Of a stretch of 64,000 nucleotides of DNA, positions 21,059 through 34,238 are shown in pieces (position 1 is the first letter of the stretch; every line of letters starts with the position of its first letter). The notes under the pieces are model-generated. The model did no database searches, was not told where the DNA came from, and was given only the letters and a program-made list of their open reading frames with translations. The DNA is from Candidatus Thorarchaeota archaeon (GTDB lineage Archaea > Asgardarchaeota > Thorarchaeia > Thorarchaeales > Thorarchaeaceae): contig JAOUFI010000002.1 in the NCBI GenBank assembly GCA_029858305.1, positions 1 through 64,000 of the forward strand, read 5' to 3'. The translations under genes were made by a program, and so were the position numbers.

Positions 21059-21730
21059 ATGAGCGATTACTATTCTAAGCGCCTATCATCAAACAAACTA
21101 AAACGATGCTACGATCTTGCTCCTCCAAGGGTAAAACAATACTTGCGTGCGGAAGTGGATTATGTCATCGAACACATTCAACAATCGGATGTGGTGATTG
21201 AACTTGGATGTGGATATGGACGCGTTTTAAGAGACATCTTGCCTTATTCATCCGTCTCGATTGGAATAGACACTTCATATGAGAGTCTGAGATTTGCTGG
21301 TGAGTACATTGGAGGAAGCTCGCGTTGTCATTTATTCCAGTCAGATGCATCCCATCTACCAGTTCATGACAAATCTGTCGACAAAGTAGTCTGTATCCAG
21401 AATGGTATCTCAGCTTTCAAGGTGGACGCCCTACGTCTGATTGAGGAGTGTGTTAGAATCACTCGGAAGGGAGGAAGTTGCTTATTCTCTAGCTACTCTG
21501 ATGAATTTTGGACCCATAGATTAGATTGGTTTAAACTACAGTCAGAAGAGGGACTTGTAGGAGAGATTGATTGGTCTTTGACCTCAGATGGAGTCATCCA
21601 TTGTAAAGATGGATTCAGGGCAACAACCTTTAGACACGAGGATTTTGAAATGCTTTGTACTCAACTCTGTCTGCAAGCTACCATTTGTGAAGTCGATAGT
21701 TCCAGTGTCTTCTGCATCATATCAGTGTAA
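21059..21730 (+). CDS. Class I SAM-dependent methyltransferase
   Basis: ELGCGYGR, GIDTS, SDA..LP and RKGG. Confidence 0.85.
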   Translation: MSDYYSKRLSSNKLKRCYDLAPPRVKQYLRAEVDYVIEHIQQSDVVIELGCGYGRVLRDILPYSSVSIGIDTSYESLRFAGEYIGGSSRCHLFQSDASHLPVHDKSVDKVVCIQNGISAFKVDALRLIEECVRITRKGGSCLFSSYSDEFWTHRLDWFKLQSEEGLVGEIDWSLTSDGVIHCKDGFRATTFRHEDFEMLCTQLCLQATICEVDSSSVFCIISV

Positions 21731-21741
21731 AACAGATAAGA

Positions 21742-24008
<2,267 letters not shown>

Positions 24009-24106
24009 CGGAATACACCTCGAGAAGCCCGCTAAAGGACTCCGGGGCATGATTCGCAGCGCTCTTGAGCGCATGAAAAAGGTTTGGGTTGAGGTGCTAC
24101 GCCAGA

Positions 24107-25840
24107 CTACTGTCTATAGACATTATGTACTTCTTCAATAACTAGCCTTGGAAGATCTTTCACCGTCTTGATTGGATAGACTGACGCTCCAGCCTTTGAC
24201 ATTGCCTGATGAATCTTGGAGGCTCTCGACCCGGTTCCTGCTCCTATATGGAACAGGAAGAGTTTGTGACCTCTTATTGAGAGAGCTTCCACTGTTCCAA
24301 CCATCTGCTTCCAATTTGAGATTTCTGCATCCGTTATGAGTAAAACCATAACTGCATTATCCGCCTTCTCGCACAATTCAGTAATCTTCCTCACAGGGGC
24401 AACAGTACCTCCGCCTTGGTATTCTAATAGAACTCTCTCGATTGATGACCGTTCTTTGGACCAATCTGATGTCTGTACTCCATCAGAGAAGTTTATCGCA
24501 GCAACTTTACAACCTCGGCGAAAAGCAAAGTCAATTGCAGCAAAGGACGTTATAAGTGCGGTATGATAATCACCAGATATTGTACGGGTCTTCATTGCCC
24601 AGGTCATTGAACCTGAGGAATCTATAACAACCAACATGTCTGGAGGAGAGTCAGGGGACTCGGAACCTATAGTTTCATAACGTTGCCATTTTCTTGTTGA
24701 GCGATTTGGAATGAGGATAGGAAAAGCTTGGAGAGACTGTACAATATCAAGCTCTTCCAAGGGATCACCGAGTCTCCAGACTTCGGACGCAAGAGGAATC
24801 GAACCCGTTGCCCTGGATGTTTTTACTTCAAATCGAATCGTCTCATACGCCTTAGCACGATACCAAAATCGAATCCAAGCATCTCGCTCAGAGCCAACAC
24901 CAGCTGTTAGGAAGACACCTTGCAAATCTTCAATATCTCCACCGAGATGTTCAACATCTATAGCAAGGCGCTCCATCTCCTCCTCGCTGTTGGGATTTTT
25001 AGCATTATCAAGGCACTTTCTTGCTAAATCGCCATTTCTTGCCTCAATAGGATTTCCCATTATGATATTTACATCGAGAGGTACTGCAACTACTTTCTGG
25101 GAACCATCTAGACCTTCTTGTTGAACCTGGATTGAATTTTCTGAAGCAGTACAAAGTAAGTCATCGTCATTTGGTAGCCACTTAGATAATATTTGAGCAA
25201 TCTTTTCACAAGAAAATGGCCAGCGGTGTTCTTGTCCTATTGTCCCACGTGCAATACGAACTATCTCATTTGAAATATCGAATGTATTCTGGTCAATATC
25301 AACAACAGGCGGTATTGGAAACCCCCACATTACTCTATAGCTTGTCACTATCAATTTCCATAAATCGCTATGATTCTGTATCCTTATTGCAGAGTCATAA
25401 AGAGAACAGTTGATTCGACTATGAGTTAGAGAAGGAAATCTTCTCAATAGATTTGAGTCTACAACAAGATCCGCAAAGAAATTACACACAAACATTGCAT
25501 TTGCATCATTGACGTGCTTTCTCGCTGCCGAGTACATTCTCCCATTCATAACGCCATCATATGGACACAAGAGATAATGCTGGATTTCATGGTGACATAT
25601 GGATGTGAGATATTGAAGAATCTCTTCGTAGCTGAGATAGAGAGGAACTCCAGAAACATTGAGATGAACAGTCCAAGTGTCTGAGTCGATGTAGAAGTAA
25701 CTAGATACATCCGGGATATTCTCTATTTCAGGTTCTGGAAGTGGAGGATGATAAAAATCTCTGATAGCTTGTGACCAGGCTTGATATGCTACCATGTGAA
25801 GTGTATCTTCATCATGAGCCTCACTTCGAATAACATCCAT
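24107..25840 (-). CDS. Zincin-like (HExxH) plus VWA domain protein
   Basis: HHEIQH followed by N..AD..VD; C-terminal MIDAS elements DSSGS, GGT and LITD. Downstream of a MoxR-like ATPase. Confidence 0.8.
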   Translation of the reverse strand: MDVIRSEAHDEDTLHMVAYQAWSQAIRDFYHPPLPEPEIENIPDVSSYFYIDSDTWTVHLNVSGVPLYLSYEEILQYLTSICHHEIQHYLLCPYDGVMNGRMYSAARKHVNDANAMFVCNFFADLVVDSNLLRRFPSLTHSRINCSLYDSAIRIQNHSDLWKLIVTSYRVMWGFPIPPVVDIDQNTFDISNEIVRIARGTIGQEHRWPFSCEKIAQILSKWLPNDDDLLCTASENSIQVQQEGLDGSQKVVAVPLDVNIIMGNPIEARNGDLARKCLDNAKNPNSEEEMERLAIDVEHLGGDIEDLQGVFLTAGVGSERDAWIRFWYRAKAYETIRFEVKTSRATGSIPLASEVWRLGDPLEELDIVQSLQAFPILIPNRSTRKWQRYETIGSESPDSPPDMLVVIDSSGSMTWAMKTRTISGDYHTALITSFAAIDFAFRRGCKVAAINFSDGVQTSDWSKERSSIERVLLEYQGGGTVAPVRKITELCEKADNAVMVLLITDAEISNWKQMVGTVEALSIRGHKLFLFHIGAGTGSRASKIHQAMSKAGASVYPIKTVKDLPRLVIEEVHNVYRQ

Positions 25841-25852
25841 TCTTGCCGCTTC

Positions 25853-27574
25853 CTAGGACTTTACGTGACCCTCAATTTCATCCTTTAACTTCACTGCTTC
25901 ACTTCCGCCGGATATCTCTAGAAATACAGATGATTCAGGGGAGTCACCCGTGACGTAGATAACAAGAGTCAATCCATCTACTCTGAGAACCTTTCTTTTG
26001 GGCGGAGTCAGTGTTTCTTTTAGTACCGGTGTGAGTTTAGGATACCTGACACCAATAGTTGTCCAAACATCTTGCCATTGTTCAAAAGTTAGTTCAAATT
26101 GAGTCAACGTCAATTTATGAAGAGCTTCAGAAACTTGTTTTAACAACATACTCCGATTTGGAAAATCCGTATTGTAAAGAAGCTCTTCATGAATCTTCGC
26201 AAGCTGATCAACATCTCGACCCTTTATTCCTTGCTCGATACTTTGAACAGTAGTTACATATCTGGACTTCTTGAGCTCTTTTGCCAACTCAGTATAGTCA
26301 AGCTGAACAAGTAAATCACTCTTTGCCATTTCTTTTAGTTGTTCAAGAGAGTCCTTCGATTCATTTCCATGTTTTAATTGTTCTATGATATCAATGGCGG
26401 CAGACCTTTGAGCATATCGAGCAGAAGCTAGTTCTACAAGATGCTGTGTGAATGCATAAGCATCACCAAAATAGGGAGCACGTTCAAACTCATCACGCAC
26501 AAACCTAGTCCTATGCCAGAAGATTAGAGGTGCCAGTGATTTGACGATTTCAATGCTCACTTCATGAGATCCTACGAGCCAAGCTATTGCTTTCGAATAT
26601 CTATTGAGATCCTTAGCGGCGCGAACACTTAGAGGAATGATTACTTTATTGCATACGCTTTTTGCAGTATTGAAATGACATCCAATACATAATCCAGTTT
26701 CCACGGTTAGACCTGATGATTGACTCTTATCGACACGAATACATACACCGAAATCGCGAATTAATGATCTCATGTATTCGGAAGCTTCAGGGGATACTGG
26801 TATCTTATCCGCAAGATTCCAGATTGTTAATAGATTCTCCTCTGTCAGCATTGGGGGAACCTGCCATAGTTCATCGAATCCAAACAATCTTTCGTCACGT
26901 GAAGCAAGTATCAATTCCAAGTCACTCACAGTTGGCATCGTAATTGGAACAGCTATGCCAAATCTATCAAGGAAGGGGGGACCAATGTCGAAAGTCCCGG
27001 AATCCGCAGGATTGAGCGTAGCAAAGAGACAATACTCTTCGCATCTCTTAATCTCATCATAATACTTGACCTCTCCCTCAGCTAGAAGTGATAGTAAAAT
27101 ATTCTGAGAGTGAGGGGTTAGTCGATTCACTTCATCAATGATTTTCCAGAATCCTGTTACAAACGAACGCCACACTACAATCTCAATACCATCCTTAATG
27201 AGGGGGCCTGGCTTTAGTGTTGCCACCATCTTCTCTTCAGTTAGCTGTGGATGGCCTCTTAAAATGCTGTTATCAATCTCCTCAAGACTTTTGCCAGTCA
27301 TCATTCTTCCTAGTATTTTGACGAGAGTTGTCTTTCCTCCTCCGTGTCCGCCAACTAAAAGCATTGCAGACCTTGGCACAAGTGCATTAAGAACACAAGA
27401 ACCAACTATCAAAGGAATCCGAGTTGTCTTTATTGAATCCTTCTTTCTGCTCGATTCCGTGTATTTGATCTCAAGATCTGTTGAATGAACATAGAGACCT
27501 CTACTCTCAACTGTCGTTATTACGCTCTTAACCAATTCTCGAAGTCTATCTGAAGGTGAATTCATTAGTTGCAC
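25853..27574 (-). CDS. MoxR-family AAA+ ATPase with C-terminal extension
   Basis: GGHGGGKT, IIDEVNR, ATLNP and FLDRF, plus a C..C.F....C cluster in the lid region. Confidence 0.82.
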   Translation of the reverse strand: MQLMNSPSDRLRELVKSVITTVESRGLYVHSTDLEIKYTESSRKKDSIKTTRIPLIVGSCVLNALVPRSAMLLVGGHGGGKTTLVKILGRMMTGKSLEEIDNSILRGHPQLTEEKMVATLKPGPLIKDGIEIVVWRSFVTGFWKIIDEVNRLTPHSQNILLSLLAEGEVKYYDEIKRCEEYCLFATLNPADSGTFDIGPPFLDRFGIAVPITMPTVSDLELILASRDERLFGFDELWQVPPMLTEENLLTIWNLADKIPVSPEASEYMRSLIRDFGVCIRVDKSQSSGLTVETGLCIGCHFNTAKSVCNKVIIPLSVRAAKDLNRYSKAIAWLVGSHEVSIEIVKSLAPLIFWHRTRFVRDEFERAPYFGDAYAFTQHLVELASARYAQRSAAIDIIEQLKHGNESKDSLEQLKEMAKSDLLVQLDYTELAKELKKSRYVTTVQSIEQGIKGRDVDQLAKIHEELLYNTDFPNRSMLLKQVSEALHKLTLTQFELTFEQWQDVWTTIGVRYPKLTPVLKETLTPPKRKVLRVDGLTLVIYVTGDSPESSVFLEISGGSEAVKLKDEIEGHVKS

Positions 27575-27700
27575 TGCCTACAGTTCAATTGTCTATAACA
27601 CTTATGAACCTCTCATTGAAGGGCGCGAAATTATGTCATCTCCGAAGATGTAATATGTCTTCAGGAAAGAGTCGTAAGGGCCAACAAGTGGGGTAGCAAG

Positions 27701-28771
27701 TTGGGCGAAGAGAGAATCTATGCAGAAGCGGTCACCCTGATTGAACCGGAGAAACAACCTACGAACAGGCTGAGTCAATATTCAGTGGTGACAAAAGCAA
27801 TCGAATATCATTCACTGATAAATCGTTTTGATAAAGTAAAGAGAAACTTGACTGATACAGGAATGCAATTTGGTGGTAGAGTCCTGCTGATAGGCCCAAC
27901 AGGAACCGATTTTGAGGCATTTACTCATCATCTTTGTCGAGAGGTGCCACTCAAATTAGTTCGGTTCAGAATGGAGAGAATGCTCTATGAGGTCAAAAGT
28001 GGAGCTGATATACTAAGAGTTGGATTTGAGTTTGCGCGGAGAAACTCTCCGACTGCAATGTATATTGAAAAAGTGGAAACAGTTGCCCCTGCGAAAAGTG
28101 ATCGCTCTGAGGTTCTCCAAGACGAGCTCAAAAGAACGGGATGGGATAGGGAAGAAGTCTTGGTTGTCGCTGCCACGACAAGACCACAGGATATTGATGC
28201 AGAACTATTGTCAGCCTTTGATAGGATCTATGTAATCGAGGGCACCTCACTTGAGGATCGTATTCGTATCCTCGAACAGGCATTAAAGGGACGTGAGGAC
28301 ATTGATCCAACGGCTGTAGCAGAGCTTACAGATGGGTGGGGATTCTCAAGTCTTAAACATCTAGCAGTAAGTCTCTTCATGACGGAGAGAAATGAAACAG
28401 GACAAATCCCCCGGGATAAAATTGAGGAGTTAATAGCAAATAGTGGTGTAATACCTCTGAACAATCCTCGATACCTTCAGTCTGTTGTAAAATCAACTGG
28501 AGGAACATCACGATTAGAAATAGATAGCCTAGATGCAGAATACCCCGATGACTTTCTTGATCAGCTATATCTCATGGCTGTGGGAGAAGACTATTCTGCA
28601 ACTCAGCGAGTCGTTGAAGTTTTGAATGATGGAATGCCGTTATCGAAGGAAGATAGGGAGATATTGGCAAGGTATCCATTCCTCCTGAGCGGAACTGCTG
28701 AAGATAAACTTACGAGGCTATTAAGGGCAAAGAAGAGTAGTGATAGACTACAGAGAATTATGGGTCGTTAA
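27701..28771 (+). CDS. Degenerate, likely inactive AAA+ protein (Cdc48/FtsH-like fold)
   Basis: VLLIGPTGTDFE (Walker A lacking GKT), YIEKVE (Walker B), VVAATTRPQDID.ELLSAFDR (one SRH Arg absent) and T.GW. Confidence 0.7.
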   Translation: MGEERIYAEAVTLIEPEKQPTNRLSQYSVVTKAIEYHSLINRFDKVKRNLTDTGMQFGGRVLLIGPTGTDFEAFTHHLCREVPLKLVRFRMERMLYEVKSGADILRVGFEFARRNSPTAMYIEKVETVAPAKSDRSEVLQDELKRTGWDREEVLVVAATTRPQDIDAELLSAFDRIYVIEGTSLEDRIRILEQALKGREDIDPTAVAELTDGWGFSSLKHLAVSLFMTERNETGQIPRDKIEELIANSGVIPLNNPRYLQSVVKSTGGTSRLEIDSLDAEYPDDFLDQLYLMAVGEDYSATQRVVEVLNDGMPLSKEDREILARYPFLLSGTAEDKLTRLLRAKKSSDRLQRIMGR

Positions 28772-28786
28772 CTAGGGGAACATGAG

Positions 28787-31700
28787 TTGGGTAATATCAG
28801 AGCATACATTGAATCAGCAAAATTGGATAATTTCCTGTCATTCTACTCAGGAAGAGTCACCTTCGACAAAGGATTGACCGTCTTGGCAGGTCCAAATGGA
28901 TCAGGTAAAACTTCCATCTTTCATGCTCTGAAATTTGCATTAGGCTCAAACCAACGAGAAAATCGCTACAATAAATGGAGCGATTTCATCAGACATGGAG
29001 CTAGCACTGCAGAAGTCGAAGTGATTGTTAGAATTAACGGTCAAAATAAGAAGTTTCAACGAAAGATAGATAGAGATGGCATACCAAGATCATACGTAGA
29101 TGGTCGACGAGTCAAAGCCGCTGAGCTTAGGCAAATTGTTCAGACATTCGGTCTTGACACTGATAATCCCTTGGTCTTCATTCCTCAAGAGAGAATTAAT
29201 GCAGTACGGGATATGGATCCCTATGAGGTGAGAAAGCTTGTTGAAGAGGGAACAGGCCTAGATGTGCTTCGGGATAGAATAATACTCCAAGAAACTGAGG
29301 TTGTTCAGAGTCGTCAACGCCTCGCAGCAGCTCTTACCGAATCAAAATCTGTTGAGAGAGAACTCGAGCTTCTTCAGCATGATCTTGATCGACTTGAAAA
29401 GAAACGATCACTCCAAGAGCAAGAGAAGTTACTAGAACGAGATTTGAAGTGGGCAACTCTAGTTGATCTGATGGAAAAAATCGATGTCATAAAAACAGAG
29501 ATTGAAGGAAAAGAAGCTGGGCTTGTATCCATTCTAGAAGAACAAACACAGATACAATCCGAGATTTCTGAGAATGAACGAGAAATAGAGAGTCTTGAAA
29601 CAAGACTGTCAAATCTTCAAATTGAGCTAGGTCGTGTTGATGCCAAAATCGAAGAGGAAGAACGCAATTTAACTCGTATCGAGGGAGACTCACAAAAACA
29701 AGTAGGCGAGTTAAAGCATCTTGAGAAAGAGGTTAATTCGGATACAAGAAATAAAGAGAAACTGCAGGAAGACATCGAGCGTATCAGTTCTACAAAAGAG
29801 GAAACCATGGAGAAACAACGTGAACTACGAACATCTCTGCAGAATATAGAGGATGAGCGCACTCAGATTAGAGAGGCATTAGAGGCATTTGCAGAGTGGA
29901 ATACGAAGAGAGCTGAAACCCATGGAAGATACAAGGCACTCCAAGCAGAGATGGAAGGAAAAGACCTACTCATGCGAAGTGTTAGAGAAAGACTACAGGT
30001 TGAGGAAGCAGAATTACAATCAATTGAGAGTAAATGGTCACATGTCTGGTCAGTAATGGAGAAATCTGATGAGAAAGAACTGGTGAAGAAAAAAGGTCAA
30101 TTAGAGAGGGAGATTGCTACTTTAAATGAAGATAGATTTCGACAGAGTAGTTTGGTTTCACAGCTCCAGAAGGAAATAGATGAGTTAAATGTACGACTTT
30201 CTGAAACCTCAAAACGGGTACCTGAAACAGTCAGACAGTTGAAAGAAGCCATTAATGAACATAAATTAGGCTCTGTGACAGGCCCTCTCATTGAACTATT
30301 TAGTGCAGACGATTCTATTGCCTCGGCAATTGAAGCTGTTATTCCGGACAACATGACTCTTGCTTTCATAGTAACTGACGAAACAGACTTTCAAATCCTT
30401 CAGAAACTCAGGGATAATGTTGAGGCGCCTTCTCCTCTAATTCTATTGAAGGCAAAAGAAAAACAGCTTGAACGTCCAATTATACAAAGTGTGGCTGGTG
30501 TAGAAGGTTGGCTCTGGGACAAATTGAACATCGATGACGAAACCCAAAAGCTTCTTCGGCAAGCAATTGGTGATTTTGTGTTAACCAAGAGTGCCAAGTC
30601 AGCAACACGTCTTGCATCAAAAGAAAATATCAAAGCGGTTTCGATTGATGGGCATGTAATTATTCCTTATGAAGGTAAGATAGTCAGTAATCCTAAGATA
30701 ATTCCATCAGGTATGATCTCAACTGCACCTCTCCAGTCACGTCTTTCTAGAGCCATCAAAGATCTCGCTGTGGCTAAAAAACATGTTACAGATATTATGG
30801 TAAATCTTGACAATCTAACGAATCAGAGAGAAGAAGTTCTTGACCTACTAAGTCAGATGACTCGATGGAGCGGCACATGGGAAAGACGAGGAAAACTAAT
30901 TGCAAGTATTCCAGAACAAGAAGAAAGACTCGTCGCTCTCGATGAAGAACTAAAGGTACTGCATGGGGAGTTAGAAAACTCAGAGAAGGAGCTTAGAAAA
31001 CTCGATAACATCCAGCCGCCTGAACGAAGCAGACTTATCGGACAAGACTCTGCGCTTCGTATTAAACACCGCCAACTTCAAACGGATCTCACTAAAATTG
31101 ACTCCAGAGCTAATGCAGCTGAGCGAGATGAGGAACTGAAGCGTCGGGAGCTAAAACAACTAATAGAAAATATCACTATGCTTACACATAGCCTAAATGA
31201 GTTACGAACAGAAATCATGGAGTCAAAGAATGCGGCTTCAGGTATTCTTGAAAAGATCGAAGCGATGAAAATTAGTCAGGAAGAAATGCAAAACCAAAAG
31301 AAAATTCTCCTTGGAGAAATGGGCAATTTAAAAGATGCAAACCGGGAAATGAGCGGGAAGATAGTGGAGTTCAACCTCATCATCAAGGAAAGGAAACTTC
31401 AGGTATTGCAGTCCAAGAGACACCTCACGAACATGGAATATGAGCTGGAGAACATAGAACGAGATGTTGAAGGAATCACGCGACCAGAAAAAGTTAGACC
31501 CCTCGAACAGGTCAGGAACGAGCTTGTAAAACTTCGATATATCCTTGATGACTACCAGGATGTATCTGAAAGTGTAGCACATACTGAAACGCAACTCAAG
31601 GGGAGATTGGCAACTCTCATCGGGAGTGTAAAAGAACTCCAGGAAGAACTTGATGAGGCGGAGTCTGCAGTTGAGAATATTCAGGAACAATATCATAATG

Positions 31701-32176
31701 GAATGAATGAAACCCTGCGTTATGTCGAAAAGAATGTTAACGAGGTTCTTGGAAGTGTTCAGTTCCCTGGAAGTGTTCGTTTTGAACTCGCATTGAGAGA
31801 GGGTAATTATGGTGTTGAGTTCAAATCAAGGATAAAAGCAGAGGGATTTGGAGACATAAGCGCAGGTTCTGGTGGGGAACGCTCTCTCATCGCAATATCA
31901 TTAATCCTTGCCCTCCAAAGATTCAACCCAGCGCCGGTATATGTCTTAGATGAGGTTGATACATTCCTTGACGCTACGAATACTGAGCTAGTAAGCCGTC
32001 TCTTTCACGACGCATCACGTAGAAGCCAGTTTGTTCTCCTCACACCAGCAAAGAGCACTCATCTTCTAAAGCACGCTGACAAAATACTCGGGATCGTTTC
32101 GCCAAATGGTGTGGAACCCTCTATAATAATCGAGAGTCCTAAATTCAAAGGAAAAGAGGAGGGACAGAACAATTGA
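28787..32176 (+). CDS. smc: SMC ATPase, SMC5/6-like type
   Basis: NFLSF, GPNGSGKT, DNPLVFIPQERI Q-loop, long coiled coils with a central hinge, SGGERS, LDEVD..LD and QFVLLTP. Confidence 0.9.
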   Translation: MGNIRAYIESAKLDNFLSFYSGRVTFDKGLTVLAGPNGSGKTSIFHALKFALGSNQRENRYNKWSDFIRHGASTAEVEVIVRINGQNKKFQRKIDRDGIPRSYVDGRRVKAAELRQIVQTFGLDTDNPLVFIPQERINAVRDMDPYEVRKLVEEGTGLDVLRDRIILQETEVVQSRQRLAAALTESKSVERELELLQHDLDRLEKKRSLQEQEKLLERDLKWATLVDLMEKIDVIKTEIEGKEAGLVSILEEQTQIQSEISENEREIESLETRLSNLQIELGRVDAKIEEEERNLTRIEGDSQKQVGELKHLEKEVNSDTRNKEKLQEDIERISSTKEETMEKQRELRTSLQNIEDERTQIREALEAFAEWNTKRAETHGRYKALQAEMEGKDLLMRSVRERLQVEEAELQSIESKWSHVWSVMEKSDEKELVKKKGQLEREIATLNEDRFRQSSLVSQLQKEIDELNVRLSETSKRVPETVRQLKEAINEHKLGSVTGPLIELFSADDSIASAIEAVIPDNMTLAFIVTDETDFQILQKLRDNVEAPSPLILLKAKEKQLERPIIQSVAGVEGWLWDKLNIDDETQKLLRQAIGDFVLTKSAKSATRLASKENIKAVSIDGHVIIPYEGKIVSNPKIIPSGMISTAPLQSRLSRAIKDLAVAKKHVTDIMVNLDNLTNQREEVLDLLSQMTRWSGTWERRGKLIASIPEQEERLVALDEELKVLHGELENSEKELRKLDNIQPPERSRLIGQDSALRIKHRQLQTDLTKIDSRANAAERDEELKRRELKQLIENITMLTHSLNELRTEIMESKNAASGILEKIEAMKISQEEMQNQKKILLGEMGNLKDANREMSGKIVEFNLIIKERKLQVLQSKRHLTNMEYELENIERDVEGITRPEKVRPLEQVRNELVKLRYILDDYQDVSESVAHTETQLKGRLATLIGSVKELQEELDEAESAVENIQEQYHNGMNETLRYVEKNVNEVLGSVQFPGSVRFELALREGNYGVEFKSRIKAEGFGDISAGSGGERSLIAISLILALQRFNPAPVYVLDEVDTFLDATNTELVSRLFHDASRRSQFVLLTPAKSTHLLKHADKILGIVSPNGVEPSIIIESPKFKGKEEGQNN

Positions 32177-32826
32177 ATGAGAAGAACACTCTTGAGGAGC
32201 GTGTTTTTAAAATCGTACAGGCGGCTCGTTCAGGAGAGATAGATCCACTTGAACTTCGACTATCTGAATCGTACAGAGAGTTGAAGGAGCTCGTAGCCAA
32301 GATAGATAATAGGCTTGATATTGACGAGATGCTGAATGAGGTCTTGGGAGTCAAGGTCAGTCGTGTACAAGAATTGGCACGAGTTATTGCATCACCAGAG
32401 GTCTATGTAGCTCTTCTGAAAGAGAAATCAGCCCGGGATCTAGCCAAATTATTGATACAGAGGCAACCTGTCGTCATTGGTCATCTCGAGCGTGATTCAC
32501 TAAACGGTTCACTAGACAGAATCGTTCAGTTAATTGATGCAATGTCCCGCGAACCACCAGATGATCAAGTACCGAAAATGACCGGTCTTCCAAATGGATA
32601 TGCATTCGAAACGGAGGATGCTGTCTTTATCGAGGATCTCGAGAAATTTCTTGAGACGATTCCTCTAGAGGGGAAAGTCATCTTTGATGCCATCATAGAC
32701 ACTGATGAACTCGATTTGTTTCTAAAGTACTTTCTATATGTCATCATTCTTGTGTCGAGTGGACGTCTACTCTACAATCCTGCAACCCGCCAACTATGGA
32801 AACCTCTTGTACCTGAAGCCACATAA
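32173..32826 (+). CDS. Kleisin (ScpA/Nse4-like)
   Basis: Overlaps the smc stop. N-terminal GEIDPLEL resembles ScpA GE.DPW; C-terminal winged helix FLKYFLYVIILVSSGRL. Confidence 0.7.
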   Translation: MNEKNTLEERVFKIVQAARSGEIDPLELRLSESYRELKELVAKIDNRLDIDEMLNEVLGVKVSRVQELARVIASPEVYVALLKEKSARDLAKLLIQRQPVVIGHLERDSLNGSLDRIVQLIDAMSREPPDDQVPKMTGLPNGYAFETEDAVFIEDLEKFLETIPLEGKVIFDAIIDTDELDLFLKYFLYVIILVSSGRLLYNPATRQLWKPLVPEAT

Positions 32827-32892
32827 TTGGTAAAGTTCTTTGCATCAGATGAGTGTTCAGTCAAAGAAACAAGCTGAAGTGCACTTGGAATT

Positions 32893-34233
32893 TCAGGCAA
32901 CAGCCTCAGCTTGAAGTAAACTCGTGATTTCTATTGGTTCTTCATTTTCTTTTGGTAGTTGAGAATGCAACTTGAGTTTAGCTACTGCTAGGAAGCCTAG
33001 TAATGAAACCACCACAAGGGCCGTAGCTGCAGCGATGAAAGGAGGACTAGTAGAACCGACAGCTTCAGCCCAAACTCCTCCAATCCCCATCCCAATGACT
33101 TGGACAGCTGTAAAGGCAACATTGAGAAGAGCAAACACACGACCACGAAGCTCGTCCTCAACCAGCTCTTGTATTAATACAGTGAGAGGGATGTTCAAGA
33201 TAACATCTACAGCACCAATCATTGCCCATGAAAGCAAAACAGTTACGAAGTCAAAAGCTAGAGCCATCGCAAAGACACCAATACCAGCTAGAAGTCCTGC
33301 AAATGCAATCAGATAGAGTGGCTTCTCGAGCTTCTTCTTCCTACTCAGGTAAATTGCTGCTATTGCTCCTGTTCCTGCTCCTGCACTCAGAAGAAAACCG
33401 ATTTGAGTTGATCCAAGTCCTAGTTCACCCTCAAAAAATGGCATTAATAGTGCATTAAGGATACCCGATGATACTGCTAGCATCATCGCAAACACAAAGA
33501 GAAATGAGAGGATTGCATTTCCTATGACATAACGACCACCCTGAATAATCTGTCCTCGTAATGACTCGTGTTCGATTTGATGTCTCTTGGGTCTAAGATC
33601 TGTGGCAATTCCATGAAGTGCAATAGCTGATAAAGCAAACGTCATTGATGTGACTGCAAAGGCTAGAAAATAATTGGGAGCAAGGAGCGCAACAAGAATA
33701 CCTCCGAGTGGCGGAACAACTAACTGAACAACTTGGAATGTCATCTGAGATAGAGAGTTGGCTGCAACTAATTCATCGCCCTCGACAAGATTAGGAATAG
33801 ATGCGCTCCTTGCTGGGAAGAACCATGCATTTGCGGTTGCATAGATAAATGTCAATATGTAAACCCAATAAATTGTGGGAATAAAGGATGGGAAGTAAAT
33901 TGTAAGTGGAATCATGAGGATAGCTATAGCTCTAACAATATCTGATACAATCATGATTTTCTTTCGATTCCAAAGATCAACATATACTCCAACAAAACCA
34001 GCGAATACAACGATAGGCAAAACTTCCATCATTGTTAGTATCGCCATTGCCAGAGCTGAACCGGTTAGGTCGTACGCATAGAACAAAAGCGCAAGGGCTG
34101 AAATTGCTGTGCCAATATTAGAAACAAATTGACCCGACCATAATCTTGAGAAATCTCGGTGACCAAGTACAGCACGAAATCCTATTGGTCGTTTTTCTCC
34201 ACTGACATCTTCAATAATTTGTGTTTCCATCAC
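32893..34233 (-). CDS. MFS exporter (DHA3/Mef/EntS-like)
   Basis: RDFSRLWSGQFVSNIG, GVYVDLWNRKKIMIVSD, PARSASIPNLV and ELRGRVF; about 12 TM segments. Confidence 0.9.
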   Translation of the reverse strand: MMETQIIEDVSGEKRPIGFRAVLGHRDFSRLWSGQFVSNIGTAISALALLFYAYDLTGSALAMAILTMMEVLPIVVFAGFVGVYVDLWNRKKIMIVSDIVRAIAILMIPLTIYFPSFIPTIYWVYILTFIYATANAWFFPARSASIPNLVEGDELVAANSLSQMTFQVVQLVVPPLGGILVALLAPNYFLAFAVTSMTFALSAIALHGIATDLRPKRHQIEHESLRGQIIQGGRYVIGNAILSFLFVFAMMLAVSSGILNALLMPFFEGELGLGSTQIGFLLSAGAGTGAIAAIYLSRKKKLEKPLYLIAFAGLLAGIGVFAMALAFDFVTVLLSWAMIGAVDVILNIPLTVLIQELVEDELRGRVFALLNVAFTAVQVIGMGIGGVWAEAVGSTSPPFIAAATALVVVSLLGFLAVAKLKLHSQLPKENEEPIEITSLLQAEAVA

Positions 34234-34238
34234 AAATA

